Virus record (IMG/VR): IMGVR_UViG_3300046747_000361
Origin: a virus
Reading direction: 5' to 3' (one strand)
Length of the DNA stretch: 62,133 nt
The translations under genes were made by a program, and so were the position numbers. This document shows positions 7,873 through 15,499 of this stretch, in pieces; the first letter of the stretch is position 1; every line of letters begins with the position of its first letter. The notes under the pieces were generated by a model that saw only the letters and a list, made by a program, of their open reading frames with translations, was not told where the DNA came from and did no database searches.

Positions 7873-10230
7873 ATGCACGTTACTGTAAGCCTGTTTGAAA
7901 ATGTCAAGTCAACCCGCGCAGCACGCGAAACGATCGACTTCGGTTCGTTCCTTGCTGACTTCCGTGAGCCACCGACGAGCGAACTCGAGCCGACGCCCGA
8001 GAACGCTCGTGTGCTCAAACTAAGCGCGCCTGCTTTCGCGCCCGCTCTGTTCCGAGAGGACAGACGCAAAAAAAGCAACATTGAACTTGCACAAGTACTG
8101 GCATACGACATTGACGAGCAGATTGACCCGGCGCAACTGAGTGCACGACTGCAGAGACGAGGCATCTCGTACTGCGTGCACAGCACCACGAGCGGGAAAG
8201 GGGTGCACGTCTTGATACCGCTGGCCCGGCCTGTCGATGGCGAGACGTACTTGCGCTATTGGGACGAAGCGAAGGGGCTGTTTTACGGGATTGCCGTCGA
8301 CATGTCGAAGCGTGGGCCTGAGTCACTGTTCTTCGCGCCACGCATCTTCGAAGCTCGACGTGATTCGTATTACTTCGATTGTGTCACTGACGCGCCGTTC
8401 TTGGGATCGTCGGGCTTCAGGCCGTTTAAGCCTGAGCTCACGGGCGTGGACCGTTACGTGGAAGAAGTACGGGTGTGTTCTGATAAGCACACAACCGTAA
8501 ACAGGATCGGGTTTGTGCTTGGACTGCTCGGTCTCGAGCTCGAGGACGTGAAGACGCGATTGCTGGGAGCGTTGCGCGAGAATACGACGAGTACGCCGGT
8601 AATCGATTGGGTTAGTGCTGAGAACACAATCGTAAAAGCTTGGGGTGATGGAGCGGCGCAGAAGGAGGCGGACGACGCACGGCCCAAGTTCATCCCGGAC
8701 GCAGCAAAAAGCACTGGAAAACGCGTGCTAAAAGAGGCTGTGACTGGGATTGGGAAGGGAGAGGTACTTGGGCCGTGGGCGTATCGCGTGGGGCAATTCG
8801 TGCCGCACGTGCTCGAGTACGAGTTGGTTTTGGATGAACTTCGGGGAGCTTGGGAGCGCGCGAAGAACCACGATACTCGGTCGCTTGACGATGCTGTTAG
8901 GGAGATTGTGTCAGGTCTCGACGGGGGAAGACACAACCCGGTCGGAGTGCATGAGGAGTGGCAGAAGGACCTGAAGCTGACACCCGATGGCTTGGGATTT
9001 CATGCAGGCGAAAACAACGTGCACATAGTTTTGGAGAAGCATCCCGACCTTCTCAACCTGGCAGCGTTCGATGTGCGAGACGGGGCACCAGTCTATCTGA
9101 CTGCGCCTCCCTGGCATGCCGGTCAAAAGCTTGCGTATCCGAGGCGGTTGGAAGACTCGGACCGGCAGCGATTGGCACGATGGGTACGCGATCAGCTGGG
9201 CGTGGTGAACGTCAAGCCTGCGACTGCGCTCGAGGCGCTCATCGACCTGGCGAACGAGAACAAGCGCGACGCATTGCTTGATTACTTCAAGTCGGTGCCG
9301 ACTGCGGAAGGGGTCGACACGATCGAGAGTGTGCTCATTCGGACGATGGGAGCGGAGGACTCGGCTTATGTGAGAGCGGTAAGCAAAAAGTGGCTGATTG
9401 GGCTTGTGGCCCGACAGTTCGATCCTGGTTGCAAAATGGACACTGTTCTAATCCTGGTGGGCGATCAGGGGATGGCTAAGTCGTGGTTTTTTAAGGAGAT
9501 TTTTCCCGTCGAGCTGCAAAACCAGGCTTACTGTGACAGTGTAAATTTACTGCGACTTGACAAAGACCAGGTCACAAAACTGAACCGCTACGCCTGCGTT
9601 GAGCTTCCCGAGCTGGCGGGCATGTCCAAGGCCGATGTCGAGACAATCAAGATGAACGTGACCCAACAGCGCGCAGATGAGCGGCTTGCCTACGCGAGAC
9701 TTCATGCGCAGTTTCCGCGCAGAAGCGTGTTCGGCGGGACCACGAATCGGGATGATTTCTTGCGCGACCCTACAGGGGGGCGCCGGTTCTGGCCAATCAC
9801 CGTGACACGGGCGCTGGACAGGGAGGCGCTACGAGCTCTTAGGGGGCGTTTGTGGAGCGAGGCGGTAGGTGCATACCTCCGAGGCGAGGAGTGGCATCTG
9901 GGAGGCGAAGAGGAGGCACTGGCGAGGGAAATCAGGGAGGGCTTCGAAGAGGAGGACGTACTCACGGAGAAAGTTCGGGATGTCCTGGCTTGCTGGCCTG
10001 GCGATTCGAAGTTTGATGACGCGTCGTACGCGATGAAATCCTGGCAGCTCGAAGGTTCGCGCGTAGTTCGTGCACGTCTTGGGCAGTTGCTGCTCAAGCT
10101 TGGGTACGACTTGGCGGATAAACCGCGAGAGCGGAGGCTTGCTGACTGTCTGCGCAGACTCAAGTGGAACTGTCGGATTGAGCAACACGACGGTATTCGG
10201 TATCGGGTTTGGTACGAAAAGGGGAAGTAA
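7873..10230 (+). CDS. AEP primase-polymerase fused to VirE/D5-type P-loop helicase
   Basis: AYDIDEQID and GVHVLIPL (prim-pol motifs). LILVGDQGMAKSWFF (Walker A). C-terminal VirE-like region. Start taken as ATG 7873. Confidence 0.75.
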   Translation: MHVTVSLFENVKSTRAARETIDFGSFLADFREPPTSELEPTPENARVLKLSAPAFAPALFREDRRKKSNIELAQVLAYDIDEQIDPAQLSARLQRRGISYCVHSTTSGKGVHVLIPLARPVDGETYLRYWDEAKGLFYGIAVDMSKRGPESLFFAPRIFEARRDSYYFDCVTDAPFLGSSGFRPFKPELTGVDRYVEEVRVCSDKHTTVNRIGFVLGLLGLELEDVKTRLLGALRENTTSTPVIDWVSAENTIVKAWGDGAAQKEADDARPKFIPDAAKSTGKRVLKEAVTGIGKGEVLGPWAYRVGQFVPHVLEYELVLDELRGAWERAKNHDTRSLDDAVREIVSGLDGGRHNPVGVHEEWQKDLKLTPDGLGFHAGENNVHIVLEKHPDLLNLAAFDVRDGAPVYLTAPPWHAGQKLAYPRRLEDSDRQRLARWVRDQLGVVNVKPATALEALIDLANENKRDALLDYFKSVPTAEGVDTIESVLIRTMGAEDSAYVRAVSKKWLIGLVARQFDPGCKMDTVLILVGDQGMAKSWFFKEIFPVELQNQAYCDSVNLLRLDKDQVTKLNRYACVELPELAGMSKADVETIKMNVTQQRADERLAYARLHAQFPRRSVFGGTTNRDDFLRDPTGGRRFWPITVTRALDREALRALRGRLWSEAVGAYLRGEEWHLGGEEEALAREIREGFEEEDVLTEKVRDVLACWPGDSKFDDASYAMKSWQLEGSRVVRARLGQLLLKLGYDLADKPRERRLADCLRRLKWNCRIEQHDGIRYRVWYEKGK

Positions 10231-10245
10231 CCCGTCCCACGGCGG

Positions 10246-10277
10246 CCCTCGTACTGAACGGTCTATCAGTACGAGGG
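10246..10277 (+). terminator. stem-loop after the primase gene
   Basis: 11-bp stem CCCTCGTACTG/CAGTACGAGGG. The T-run (10291-10296) is 13 nt away, so it is not a textbook terminator. Confidence 0.35.
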
Positions 10278-10494
10278 AGCTTGCCGCTCGTTTTTTACGG
10301 CCTTCTCATCTCTTAAACACACAGTCACACATACTTATTAAGAAATAAGAAGATCTATAGAAGGGGGAATAAAGAGAAGGGGAGAGTAGGCAAATAGGGA
10401 CCCCCACTTTTTTCCGTGTGAGACGGGTGTCTGTGTGTCTGACCTAGCTAGTATTGGCTATTTTGTGTGACAAATCGGTGGCAAGGTAACAAAA

Positions 10495-10541
10495 GCGCAA
10501 AACCCGTACATAGCTAGTTCAGCCATGTACGGGTTTTGCGC
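10495..10541. terminator. 17-bp perfect hairpin between convergent genes (bidirectional terminator candidate)
   Basis: GCGCAAAACCCGTACAT / ATGTACGGGTTTTGCGC flanked by an A-run and T-rich arms. Confidence 0.6.
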
Positions 10542-10552
10542 TGTGTACTGAG

Positions 10553-10978
10553 TCAGTCGTTGCTGAGCTTGATCTCAAGTAGTTCGTTTGGGTTGACGTT
10601 GAGCTTGAGGCAAATTGCCACGAAGTTAGACAGACTGACGTCCCGTCGCCCCGTCTCGATATCACCCAAGTGTGAACGTGAGATGCCTAAGTAGGGGGCG
10701 AACTTGTGCTGAGACATGCCCTTGGCAGTCCGAATACGCACCAAGTTTCGCGCGAAAGTCTCCAGGGTTGCTGTGAGCAAAACTGCATCCTCCTCGGTGC
10801 GCTCTGGCACAAGCGCCTCTTGAATGACCTCGAGCGTCGGCTCGGTGTTCCAGGAGATCTGACCGTCGTGCCAGCGCACACAGATTTGTAGGGGGTCGTC
10901 GGGAAGGTCGCGATGCACGCCAAGCACGATTCCTGTCGTGCCGTCGCGCGTCGATTTCACAATCGTTCCGTTACGCAT
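10553..10978 (-). CDS. XRE (Cro/CI-type) HTH transcriptional regulator with N-terminal small beta domain
   Basis: LVRIRTAKGMSQHKFAPYLGISRSHLGDIETGRRDVSLSNFVAICLKL. Confidence 0.8.
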   Translation of the reverse strand: MRNGTIVKSTRDGTTGIVLGVHRDLPDDPLQICVRWHDGQISWNTEPTLEVIQEALVPERTEEDAVLLTATLETFARNLVRIRTAKGMSQHKFAPYLGISRSHLGDIETGRRDVSLSNFVAICLKLNVNPNELLEIKLSND

Positions 10979-11355
10979 TACTGGCCCGCGATGCGCACTA
11001 CGCGTACTTGACCGCCGTTGCGCTCGATGTCAGCGGCCATTTCCACGGCTTCTTCGTAGGCGATGTTTATGCCGTCCGACACGAAGCACCATTCGTTTTG
11101 CCACATTGTTTGCACACCGTAACAGTTCATTGCTTTTTCCATTTCGGCCAGAGATTCGTCGTCTAGTATTTTTGTTACCGCCGCAACAAGGTTCGCTTGG
11201 CGCACTTCGCCCCACAGTTTTTGTTGGCGAGCGCTAAACTCTTCGTAAGTGATCTTGCTCGTTAGCAGGTCATCGGCGGTTGCTTTGATGAGGCAAACGA
11301 GACGGTCGATTGTCACTGGCCGCTGTGCATGAGCAGGGAACCGAGAGCCATGCAA
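10978..11355 (-). CDS. hypothetical protein
   Basis: ORF track; start uncertain. Confidence 0.5.
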   Translation of the reverse strand: MHGSRFPAHAQRPVTIDRLVCLIKATADDLLTSKITYEEFSARQQKLWGEVRQANLVAAVTKILDDESLAEMEKAMNCYGVQTMWQNEWCFVSDGINIAYEEAVEMAADIERNGGQVRVVRIAGQ

Positions 11356-11414
11356 AGCAAGCCAGCGAAAACTACGCCGGGAACGCCGCCGTTGAGAATG
11401 AGAGCTTCGATCAT
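11313..11414 (-). CDS. 33-aa hydrophobic peptide
   Basis: GGAGGT 9 nt upstream of ATG 11414. MIEALILNGGVPGVVFAGLLCMALGSLLMHSGQ. ATGA overlap with the upstream ORF. Confidence 0.45.
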   Translation of the reverse strand: MIEALILNGGVPGVVFAGLLCMALGSLLMHSGQ

Positions 11415-11563
11415 GATTGTTGTGACCTCCAGTGAATGATAGTGCGTGGATAGATGCAGGTGCGTGGGCAAATGTATTGCGTTGCGAGATAGAGATCGGT
11501 GCGTCTGACTATCAGAAATGTACAGGCATGGGGGCAGCCTGTCATGTCCGGGTCGCGCATCAT
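11411..11563 (-). CDS. 50-aa Cys-motif protein, paralogous to the C-terminus of 11778..12134
   Basis: My translation: MMRDPDMTGCPHACTFLIVRRTDLYLATQYICPRTCIYPRTIIHWRSQQS. Compare ...TGCPHACDYLIVRTTSHYDATQLVCPRNCVYPKTDIHWRAS. Below the track size cut-off. Confidence 0.6.
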   Translation of the reverse strand: MMRDPDMTGCPHACTFLIVRRTDLYLATQYICPRTCIYPRTIIHWRSQQS

Positions 11564-11580
11564 GTAGGGCATTGCATAGG

Positions 11581-11781
11581 TCATGTGTACTTGTCCGCGC
11601 GTACAACGCCCGACGGCAATACAAGCCAGCCAGTCACGTTGCCGGTGCTGTCGATTGTGTTGTCAAGTACGCCCGCGTAAGTGCCATCGGACAGCTCGCG
11701 CACGCGTGGCTGTGTGGCGGCCTTACGGGATGCCTTGAGTGCGCTTGCTTGTTTCTTCCAACCAATTGTTGACGTGATCAT
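11581..11781 (-). CDS. hypothetical protein
   Basis: ORF track; ATGA-type packing. Confidence 0.5.
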   Translation of the reverse strand: MITSTIGWKKQASALKASRKAATQPRVRELSDGTYAGVLDNTIDSTGNVTGWLVLPSGVVRADKYT

Positions 11782-12134
11782 GATGCCCGCCAGTGAATGT
11801 CGGTTTTGGGGTAGACACAGTTGCGTGGACAGACGAGTTGTGTTGCGTCGTAATGCGACGTGGTTCTGACAATCAGATAGTCACATGCATGTGGGCAACC
11901 AGTGGAAGTGTCGATAAGCATGAAGGGCATTGCATAGCGCGCTTCCTGTGCCTCGAACGCGGTCACCTCCCACGTACCAGCCTCAATCGCGGCACGTTGA
12001 TTGTCATCGGCACATTGCGCGAGTAACTCAACACGACAAGCCTCGATGGCGACGTGTGCAAGCTCGGACGAATCGTAGTCGCCCATGGGAATGCTTGACT
12101 GTTTGTCGAGTGAAACCCAGTAGAGTCGAGTCAC
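11778..12134 (-). CDS. hypothetical protein with C-terminal CPHAC...CPRNC motif
   Basis: ORF track; paralogy with 11411..11563. Confidence 0.6.
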   Translation of the reverse strand: MTRLYWVSLDKQSSIPMGDYDSSELAHVAIEACRVELLAQCADDNQRAAIEAGTWEVTAFEAQEARYAMPFMLIDTSTGCPHACDYLIVRTTSHYDATQLVCPRNCVYPKTDIHWRAS

Positions 12135-12337
12135 AATTGTCCCCCGATGTAAGCACAGTTGTCAGCTATTGCACGCACTTGCGCAGCATCTACCTCTGGC
12201 TCACTTACGCAAGCCTGACAGCCACGACACGCCCAAGTACCACTGCGTAGCTTGATGAGACCTCGATTCCCTTCGTGATCGTGGCCGCAACGCACATACA
12301 GCGCGTACCCGGCCGTTGATGTTAGAACCGCAGTCAT
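12131..12337 (-). CDS. hypothetical Cys/His-rich protein
   Basis: ORF track; CGHDH...CRGCQAC. Confidence 0.5.
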   Translation of the reverse strand: MTAVLTSTAGYALYVRCGHDHEGNRGLIKLRSGTWACRGCQACVSEPEVDAAQVRAIADNCAYIGGQL

Positions 12338-12519
12338 GGAAACCTCACATTCACGTGCCAGTGCTTACCGTTGTGCTCGCCCCAAAACTGCCATTGTCTA
12401 GCCCCTTTCACGTAATCACGAGTCAGGCTCAATAGCGTGTCGAGGTCACACTCATTGAACTCGAGTGTGATTGTGTTGTCTGTTTCGATGCTGCGTGTAA
12501 TCGCGTCGTGTGCGGTCAT
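12334..12519 (-). CDS. hypothetical protein
   Basis: ORF track. Confidence 0.5.
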   Translation of the reverse strand: MTAHDAITRSIETDNTITLEFNECDLDTLLSLTRDYVKGARQWQFWGEHNGKHWHVNVRFP

Positions 12520-12638
12520 CAGTATGCGCTCCTTCCTGGCTCGTAACAGACCTCGATCATGAGGCCCATGTCAAAACCGCAAGCGTGAAAGACGAGTTGC
12601 CCGAGATAGTTGATTGCAAATGGGTGAGCGTAATTCAT
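12519..12638 (-). CDS. 39-aa hypothetical protein
   Basis: AAGGAG upstream of ATG 12638. Stop overlaps the next start (ATGA). Below the track cut-off. Confidence 0.4.
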   Translation of the reverse strand: MNYAHPFAINYLGQLVFHACGFDMGLMIEVCYEPGRSAY

Positions 12639-12706
12639 GTAACTCCTTGGTCTGACACAGCCACACAGACGTTCGAGCGTCCTACTCGAGCGCTAGTGCA
12701 GGTGAG

Positions 12707-13030
12707 TCAGAAACTCGCGTCTCGATATTTACGACGTGCGCCGATCCGATAGTGTACGGAGTTGTGTGAATCAGCGCTGCCTGCTTCGTGCCAGCGCCCG
12801 CTTTTACGCAGGGTTACCTCCACCACATGCCCTTTTGGATCTGGCTTGTAGGTGTACTCAAGGGTCGTACCCATGGGCACAGGCCCACTGCCGACACGGA
12901 TCGCTTCATCTGCCTGCAACCAGAGCGTCTTACCGTTCTCACTCACCTTGATTACCGTGTACGGATTCGTGTCCGTAAACAGAACCTGCGTCGCGCCCAC
13001 GCCTACTTCGATGTGTTGTTTGTCAGTCAT
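12707..13030 (-). CDS. hypothetical protein
   Basis: ORF track. Confidence 0.55.
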   Translation of the reverse strand: MTDKQHIEVGVGATQVLFTDTNPYTVIKVSENGKTLWLQADEAIRVGSGPVPMGTTLEYTYKPDPKGHVVEVTLRKSGRWHEAGSADSHNSVHYRIGARRKYRDASF

Positions 13031-13115
13031 ATTCTGTCCTTTAAACTATCGTGCCACACATGAACCCGGTCTAGGACTCATTGGCTAAGATCGGGTTACA
13101 GTGTCGGATGACGGT

Positions 13116-13490
13116 TCACTTGCTCACGCGATACTCGGTCGGATCCTCACCTGCACGCCAAGCGGCGCGAAGGTCGTAAGGTGACGCAGTGTCGTTGCGC
13201 CCCGTTGCAGCAAACCATTCTTGAAATGTCAGACCTTCCGCATTGGTCCGTGAATTCGCGCGTGGGAAGTTGAACACGAACACGGCATCGCCATTCGGCA
13301 AGACCCCCTCAACCAGTCCCGCGCCCGACCATTCGTGCTTGGCGCAGAATGCTTGCGCCGCTTCAAGCTTGGGATCGTGTGCGCCGTGATCGTAACTGAC
13401 AGTCATACTCGGCACACCTTCCGCACTCACGCGCAGACGTGAACCCTTAGTCTCACTCGGTCCGAAATACTTGACTACAATCGCCTTCAT
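13116..13490 (-). CDS. hypothetical protein (first gene downstream of hammerhead A)
   Basis: ORF track; GGAGTGAGGA Shine-Dalgarno upstream. Confidence 0.6.
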   Translation of the reverse strand: MKAIVVKYFGPSETKGSRLRVSAEGVPSMTVSYDHGAHDPKLEAAQAFCAKHEWSGAGLVEGVLPNGDAVFVFNFPRANSRTNAEGLTFQEWFAATGRNDTASPYDLRAAWRAGEDPTEYRVSK

Positions 13491-13509
13491 TGTGTCCTCA
13501 CTCCAGTTA

Positions 13510-13558
13510 GAACCATTGCCGTCCTAGCATTCGGCCTGCGTGGCCTCATCAGTGGCTC
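13510..13558 (-). ncRNA. hammerhead ribozyme, type I topology, variant copy A (U15.1-A16.1)
   Basis: Minus-strand RNA GAGCCA|CUGAUGA|GGCC-ACGCA-GGCC|GAA|U-GC(U)-AGGAC-(G)GC-A|A|UGGUUC. Confidence 0.6.
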
Positions 13559-14054
13559 ACAGTGACAGTTTCGACATAACATCCATGTCAGTCTGAAACG
13601 CGGCAAGCAGACGCGGCAGTCGTGCCTCTAGCCATGCCTTCAAGTCTTCACGCGACATGCTCCACAGCATCTCGATCGGGAAGTCATCCTCAAGCGCGCC
13701 AAGCACAATGGTGCTGGCCAGTGCGCTAGGTGCGAGTGCTCGATCTTCGGGCCTGCCATATTTTGCACGCCCATGGTACGAGTCGTGCCAGAAAAGCCCG
13801 TTAGCGACGTAGTGCATCGGTCCTTCAGTCGAGGTGAGATGCCAGCGCACGAACGGTGCTAGCTCTGGGAAATAGCGCGCGACCTGCTCATGTTGACAGC
13901 CTCCTGACAACCAGCCGCGCTCACTTACGCCCGGATGTTTGTACTCGTCCAAAGTCACCGAAAAGTGTGGGGCTTGGTCACCGATCTTGTGCAGTCCATA
14001 CGTCGCGTGTACATAGGTACCGTCAGTGGTTCTACGAAACTTGGTTGTTTTCAT
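13557..14054 (-). CDS. hypothetical protein
   Basis: ORF track. Its UGA stop lies inside hammerhead helix I. Confidence 0.6.
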   Translation of the reverse strand: MKTTKFRRTTDGTYVHATYGLHKIGDQAPHFSVTLDEYKHPGVSERGWLSGGCQHEQVARYFPELAPFVRWHLTSTEGPMHYVANGLFWHDSYHGRAKYGRPEDRALAPSALASTIVLGALEDDFPIEMLWSMSREDLKAWLEARLPRLLAAFQTDMDVMSKLSL

Positions 14055-14132
14055 GACTCTTACTCCTATATCTGTGAGACCTAATCGTCTCGCCTAGGCT
14101 CTCGAACTATCCCGAGAGCCATGGCGAACCGA

Positions 14133-14441
14133 CTAGACCGCTTTAGCTGGCCGCATTTTTACGTAGACACCCGGACCGTGAAACCGCCCAAAGTACATGC
14201 GACCGTCGATGCCCTTGGCGCGGAATGGGGTCAGCGTCGACGACAGCCAGCCGCCTGTCTTGAATGGCGTGCCTGTGCTGGTGATGGTTGCGAGCGTTTC
14301 CCCCATCCAAGTTGTGATGCGCTTGCCGTCCGAGCTCACGTATGCCGTGTACGGACCGGCCTCACGCGTGAGGAAATTGGCAACTTCCTGCTTGCTCGTT
14401 TCCTGATTCTTTGCGTCGATTTGTGCTTGAATTTCTGACAT
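14133..14441 (-). CDS. hypothetical protein
   Basis: ORF track. Confidence 0.55.
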   Translation of the reverse strand: MSEIQAQIDAKNQETSKQEVANFLTREAGPYTAYVSSDGKRITTWMGETLATITSTGTPFKTGGWLSSTLTPFRAKGIDGRMYFGRFHGPGVYVKMRPAKAV

Positions 14442-14452
14442 GGCTCAACCCT

Positions 14453-14644
14453 CTAGAACTGGTGTGCGAATGCTTCGTCCCAAGTCTTGTAAGCTGGCGA
14501 GACTTCGAGCCGCGTCATTTTCCGAAACTCGGACTTCGGAAACAGTCGCGACAGTTTCGTGATGGGTTGTTTGGCCTGTGCCTCAGTGACAACCAAGCCG
14601 GCAGTGTACTGATTGTCACCAATAAATCGGATCTTGTGGTACAT
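14453..14644 (-). CDS. hypothetical protein (63 aa, downstream of hammerhead B)
   Basis: Start reassigned to ATG 14644 (GGAGTGAGC ATG). The longer track ORF would read through the ribozyme. Confidence 0.55.
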   Translation of the reverse strand: MYHKIRFIGDNQYTAGLVVTEAQAKQPITKLSRLFPKSEFRKMTRLEVSPAYKTWDEAFAHQF

Positions 14645-14660
14645 GCTCACTCCGTTGTTA

Positions 14661-14711
14661 GAACCGTATGCCAATCCTGGCATTTCGCTGTTCCCAGCTC
14701 ATCAGCGGTTC
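14661..14711 (-). ncRNA. hammerhead ribozyme, type I topology, copy B
   Basis: GAACCG|CUGAUGA|GCUG-GGAA-CAGC|GAA|A-UGCC-AGGAUU-GGCA-U|A|CGGUUC; the full conserved core is present. Confidence 0.85.
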
Positions 14712-15090
14712 AGTAATCGCCCGTCATGTAGTTCGCAGTGCTCTCACGCTGTGCCTTAGGCAATCGCCGCTCCCAACGTTCGTACCAATCGCCCCACGTG
14801 GTGAAGTGAAACTGTGCGCCGCAATGGTCATAGAGCAGAGTCAAGCCATACGTGTCACCTGTGTTCACGTATGACGCGTGTAGTCGGTGACTGCCGGCGC
14901 CACGATCCTCTGCAAGCCGCTCGATTCCGTGCCCGTGTAGGATCTCATCGGCAATCGCCAGCTTGACGCTGATTTTGGACGCGCCGATGAGTATGGCGTG
15001 CAGATCTTCGAAATCGCGCTCTGGATGCTCGGACAAGTGGTCAATAATGTGTCCAACTTCCCGGCGCAGTCGTGCCTTACTGATCTTCAT
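14710..15090 (-). CDS. hypothetical protein
   Basis: ORF track. Confidence 0.6.
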   Translation of the reverse strand: MKISKARLRREVGHIIDHLSEHPERDFEDLHAILIGASKISVKLAIADEILHGHGIERLAEDRGAGSHRLHASYVNTGDTYGLTLLYDHCGAQFHFTTWGDWYERWERRLPKAQRESTANYMTGDY

Positions 15091-15145
15091 ATTCCTACCC
15101 TTTCACGCCCCTAAGCCCGTTCCAACTCTTGAGTAAGAGCTAGAT
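15091..15145 (-). repeat. structured leader element, family P copy 1
   Basis: Minus strand: nested hairpin followed by GGGCUUAGGGGCGUGAAAGGGUAGGAAU-AUG. Homologous to 16918..16970. Confidence 0.5.
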
Positions 15146-15160
15146 ACGGGCGATTAGGTG

Positions 15161-15430
15161 TTAGGCGATGCGTCCGACGTGGTTTGCTGTGATGGTGATA
15201 CGGTCGAACACGGATGCCTCGGGATCCTCGTTGTATTGCTCGACACCGTCGTCACCCGCTAGCCACTTCGCACCCGCGCGCGACCAGACGCAAGTGTCCA
15301 CGTTGACTGGCTTGCCTTGCATCGCAAGTAGCGTTGCGTGTGTCACCGCTGCGTCGAAGTGCTTGAAAACTTTGGCGCCATTGTTCGTGTCGACGTGAAA
15401 CTCAACATCCTTATGCGATTTGCGCGACAT
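15161..15430 (-). CDS. hypothetical protein (89 aa, downstream of hammerhead C)
   Basis: Start reassigned to ATG 15430 (GGAGUGUGAAU AUG). Confidence 0.55.
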   Translation of the reverse strand: MSRKSHKDVEFHVDTNNGAKVFKHFDAAVTHATLLAMQGKPVNVDTCVWSRAGAKWLAGDDGVEQYNEDPEASVFDRITITANHVGRIA

Positions 15431-15446
15431 ATTCACACTCCAGTTA

Positions 15447-15499
15447 GAACCATATGCGCGCTCCTGCGCATTTCGACCTTCCGGTCTCATCAGTGGTTC
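15447..15499 (-). ncRNA. hammerhead ribozyme, type I topology, copy C
   Basis: GAACCA|CUGAUGA|GACC-GGAA-GGUC|GAA|A-UGCGC-AGGAGC-GCGCA-U|A|UGGUUC; the full conserved core is present. Confidence 0.85.

Noticed and set aside
12511-12530. CTGATGAC on the minus strand at the 12519 gene junction
   Set aside because: It arises from the ATGA stop/start overlap. No helix II, GAA or helix I partners are present.
13031-13118. A fourth hammerhead
   Set aside because: It shares only the UGA-containing outer stem. The CUGAUGA and GAA cores are absent, so it is reported separately as an unclassified structure.
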